From contig JBLDXI010000001.1 in the NCBI GenBank assembly GCA_047495785.1, positions 2,170,001 through 2,234,000 of the forward strand: DNA of 64,000 bases, in the 5' to 3' direction. The notes under the pieces are model-generated. The model was not told the origin of the DNA. It made no database searches and saw only the letters and a program-made list of their open reading frames with translations. The position numbers were made by a program, and so were the translations under genes. Every line of letters starts with the position of its first letter. The first letter of the stretch is position 1. Shown here piece after piece: positions 61,327 through 64,000 of the stretch. This DNA is from Lepidodermella squamata (Eukaryota > Animalia > Gastrotricha).

Positions 61327-61708
61327 TGGAAATTATTGATACGGTTGTGACCATTGCTGATCACATGTCGTACGTCGTACAAATGTACTTCGGTCGATCA
61401 CATTCACCATCGCCTGCACCATGTAATTATAGGGTTTAATGCCGTAGTCAGTTGAAATAATAAAACTCACGATGCCTTACATGGCGCGGAGCTCTTCCGA
61501 GATCGAAATTAAACTGGGAACATTTTTTGCATTCGAACTGGGGAGATGCGTCGTGTAAATGCACGTGATCTCGCTTGTTTGCAGATTTCTTGAAAACAGT
61601 AGCGCAAATCGGACAAGTCAGGCTATCCAGCGGCTTCAAAGCCATTCAAGCAGATATTTCAAGCTTCAAAAATGATATAGCAAGGAAAACATCAGAACTT
61701 CAGGCTAC

Positions 61709-62427
61709 CTAGCACGGAAATTGCACAGATTGATGTACTCGCATGTCATGTAGATACAAAGAACTTTGGTTTCGGTAAGTCATCGAGCACTTCATGCATT
61801 TCACGTCGCCGCCGTGCACTTCTCTCACGTGATCCTTCCAGGTTTTCAACGAGGTAAAGATTTTACAACAACATTCACACTGCTGCGAAATCGTGGGGCG
61901 ATGATATTTGGACATATGATAGCTAAGGTATCTTGCGCAACGCAATTTGACGTGGCAGACAGGGCAGTCTCTTGCATCTCCCTTGCCGGCGTGCACCGAT
62001 TTTAGGTGAGCACAAACTTCGCTTTTACGCGAGCAATGCTTGCCACATATCGTACACAATAAATTTGGTCGATAATCTTCAACATTGCCTGCACCTGTGA
62101 ATTAAACAGTAAATGATGTAGCAAGGAAAAACGTAACCAAAACTGACAGTGCTTCTCATGGTGCCCAGCTCTCCCGAGCTTAGAATACATATGTTCACAT
62201 TTTCCGCATTTGAAGAGGGACGATTCGTCGTGCATGTGTTCCTGCTGACAAGTGACCGATTCGAAGACCCTAGCGCAAACTTGACACGTGCGGCTGCTTA
62301 GCGAGAGAGTCGAATCATCCTTCTCTCCTAGTACCCAGCAAATTACAAACGAAACAGGATATGGAGAAAATGTAGAATATTGCAACTTACTGACTTCATC
62401 AACTCCGAAGCTACTCACCTCAGCCAT
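61709..62427 (-). CDS. Multi-C2H2 ZF gene, 3'-truncated
   Basis: Ends VQFPC* at a junction with sequence duplicated from the upstream region of 58177. Confidence 0.65.
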
Positions 62428-62526
62428 GCAATAGATTCAGCTTTCAGCTTTAGAAAATCATTCAATCTAGAAGAAAACTACAGCTGAAAATTTCAAGAAA
62501 AAAGTTTGCTTTTCTTCGAAAAAAGT

Positions 62527-63000
62527 TCACGATGCAACGCTACGACGTTTCCTCACTATATCAGGATGAAATTTCGAACGATGCAAACTCCAGTGCGATT
62601 GGTGGGCAAATTTTATCGAACAAATAGTACAGATGTAATTTTTCAGCGGCTCAGCTCTCTTGGCCCGCTTTCTATTACGATTCGAACTAATAGGCTTCGC
62701 GCGCTCACGTTTTGTCCCATCCTGACCTTGAAGCGAAAAAACTGGCAGATCGTGAGCTTCTTGCTTGACATGATGGGAAGAAGTTCCAATTTTTTCGGCA
62801 GAGAGACCGGATACAGGAACGATTCCTCGGCTGTTTGACTGAGCAGCTGAGTCAATCAAATCTCGAAGGTACAAGACCTGAGCCTGGCACATCTTTACAA
62901 ACGACGCCAGTTTCTCGTCTTCATTCATTGTGAAAGTGAACAGCAACAGATCGACGTAATCTTTCGCCTTATCGAGTTTGCTCGACAATTCCATCGTCAA
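62527..63000 (-). CDS. Type-A domain + 1 C2H2 finger
   Basis: VDLLLFTFTMNEDEKLASFVKMCQAQVLYLRDLI, a basic NLS-like stretch, then YICTICSIKFAHQSHWSLHRSKFH. Confidence 0.8.
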   Translation of the reverse strand: MTMELSSKLDKAKDYVDLLLFTFTMNEDEKLASFVKMCQAQVLYLRDLIDSAAQSNSRGIVPVSGLSAEKIGTSSHHVKQEAHDLPVFSLQGQDGTKRERAKPISSNRNRKRAKRAEPLKNYICTICSIKFAHQSHWSLHRSKFHPDIVRKRRSVAS

Positions 63001-63095
63001 TAAAACTTAAAAGTAGCTAAAATGTCGTTAAAGCAACAATAACTGATTTTCGTTGATTGACAAGTTGAAACCTTCACGCAGGAAATGCAGGACTA

Positions 63096-63900
63096 TTAAG
63101 CCTCAATACCACCTCTGTGTATTTTCATATGTCTCCAAAGACTTCGAGAACGGTCAAAAATTTTAGGGCACAGTTTGCATTTCCACTTGACATTGTCGTG
63201 TTTCGCCAGCTCGTGATCCTTAGCGCTTCGACTCGAGGAGAATGATTTGTCACAAGTCAAGCATGAAAATCGCATAGGTTGATGTACTTCTTTGACATGG
63301 TTGTACAACGCTCTTTCACTTCGAAAAGGCAAAGTGCATTCGATGCATTCGTGGTCACCGCCATGCACGCCTCTAACATGTCTCTTCCAGCTTCTCAATG
63401 ACGAATAGATTATACAGCAATATTCACACTGCTGCCAAATCGTGGGACGATGGCTATGAAACAAGCGATCGTTAAGGTAACGTGCGCAACGAATTTTGAT
63501 GTGGCAGACAGGGCATTCTCGTGAATCGTCCTTTCCTGCGTGCACCGATTTTATGTGAGTATTCATATCACATTTCAATGTCCATTGCAGCCCACACATC
63601 GTACATGTGTAATTCGGATGATCCCATTTACCATTGCCTGCACCAAGTAATTATAGGGTTGTCGTCATTAAAAATCGTACAACTTACAATGCTTCTCATG
63701 GTGCCGAACTCCCCCGAGCGTTGAATAAGTCTGGGCACATTTTGCGCATTCGAAACCGGACGATTCGTAGTGGAAATGCACGTGTTCTCGCAAATAGGTG
63801 GCTGATTTGAAGACCCTAGCGCAAATTTGACATTTACGGCGGCCAAGCGAGAGGTCCTGGAATGAATCTCTCTTGTCATCTAATACTCGAAACCACGAAA
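63096..63900 (-). CDS. Multi-C2H2 ZF protein (HRPTIWQQCE); first exon uncertain or beyond the window
   Basis: Two-finger exon (63685-63890) plus a six-finger terminal exon. Confidence 0.75.
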
Positions 63901-64000
63901 AGGCAATGGTTTTGAAGTTCAATAAATTTCCGATTACCAGTTTTGCTCGATATCGAGTCGTCTGCGGCCATGTAGTGATAATATAGAGCGTCACGATTTA

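Larger units (their letters stand above)
60868..61645 (-). pseudogene. Multi-ZF pseudogene split by an insertion
   Basis: MALKPLDSLTCPIC exon; a finger reading WSQPYQ*FP[insert]NQISVHAAKKDSIECSVCHVKLRC; truncated 3' end. Confidence 0.7.

Overview
Eukaryotic, almost certainly animal, genomic DNA from a compact genome with GT-AG introns mostly 40-60 nt long; I cannot name the species. The first ~32 kb is a mixed gene neighbourhood. It holds two paralogous CxxxC-rich membrane proteins, a frameshifted GABA-B-like class C GPCR, and a head-to-head pair of intron-containing bacterial-type (vibriolysin/LasB-like) M4 metalloproteases. It also holds a divergent Cys-loop receptor, a signal-peptide ankyrin protein, an intron-containing histone H1, and a NEK-like kinase with NFG for DFG next to an ankyrin gene, with a small PAN-like gene nested in a kinase intron. 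The second half (32.4-64 kb) is a co-oriented cluster of about 30 C2H2 zinc-finger genes and pseudogenes, all on the minus strand, interrupted only by one rhodopsin-type GPCR. The cluster has three gene types: multi-finger genes with hypervariable recognition helices, and two families of 1-2-finger genes, each with its own conserved N-terminal helical domain that I do not recognise. Many genes are only 30-150 nt apart and are preceded by apparently unpaired 3' splice acceptors, which suggests polycistronic, trans-spliced ZF operons. This cluster is my best candidate for an undescribed system. Several unrelated MITEs, a tRNA-like sequence and a 28S rRNA-headed insertion covering the R2 target site are also present. 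All family calls come from motif recognition by eye; no searches were run.
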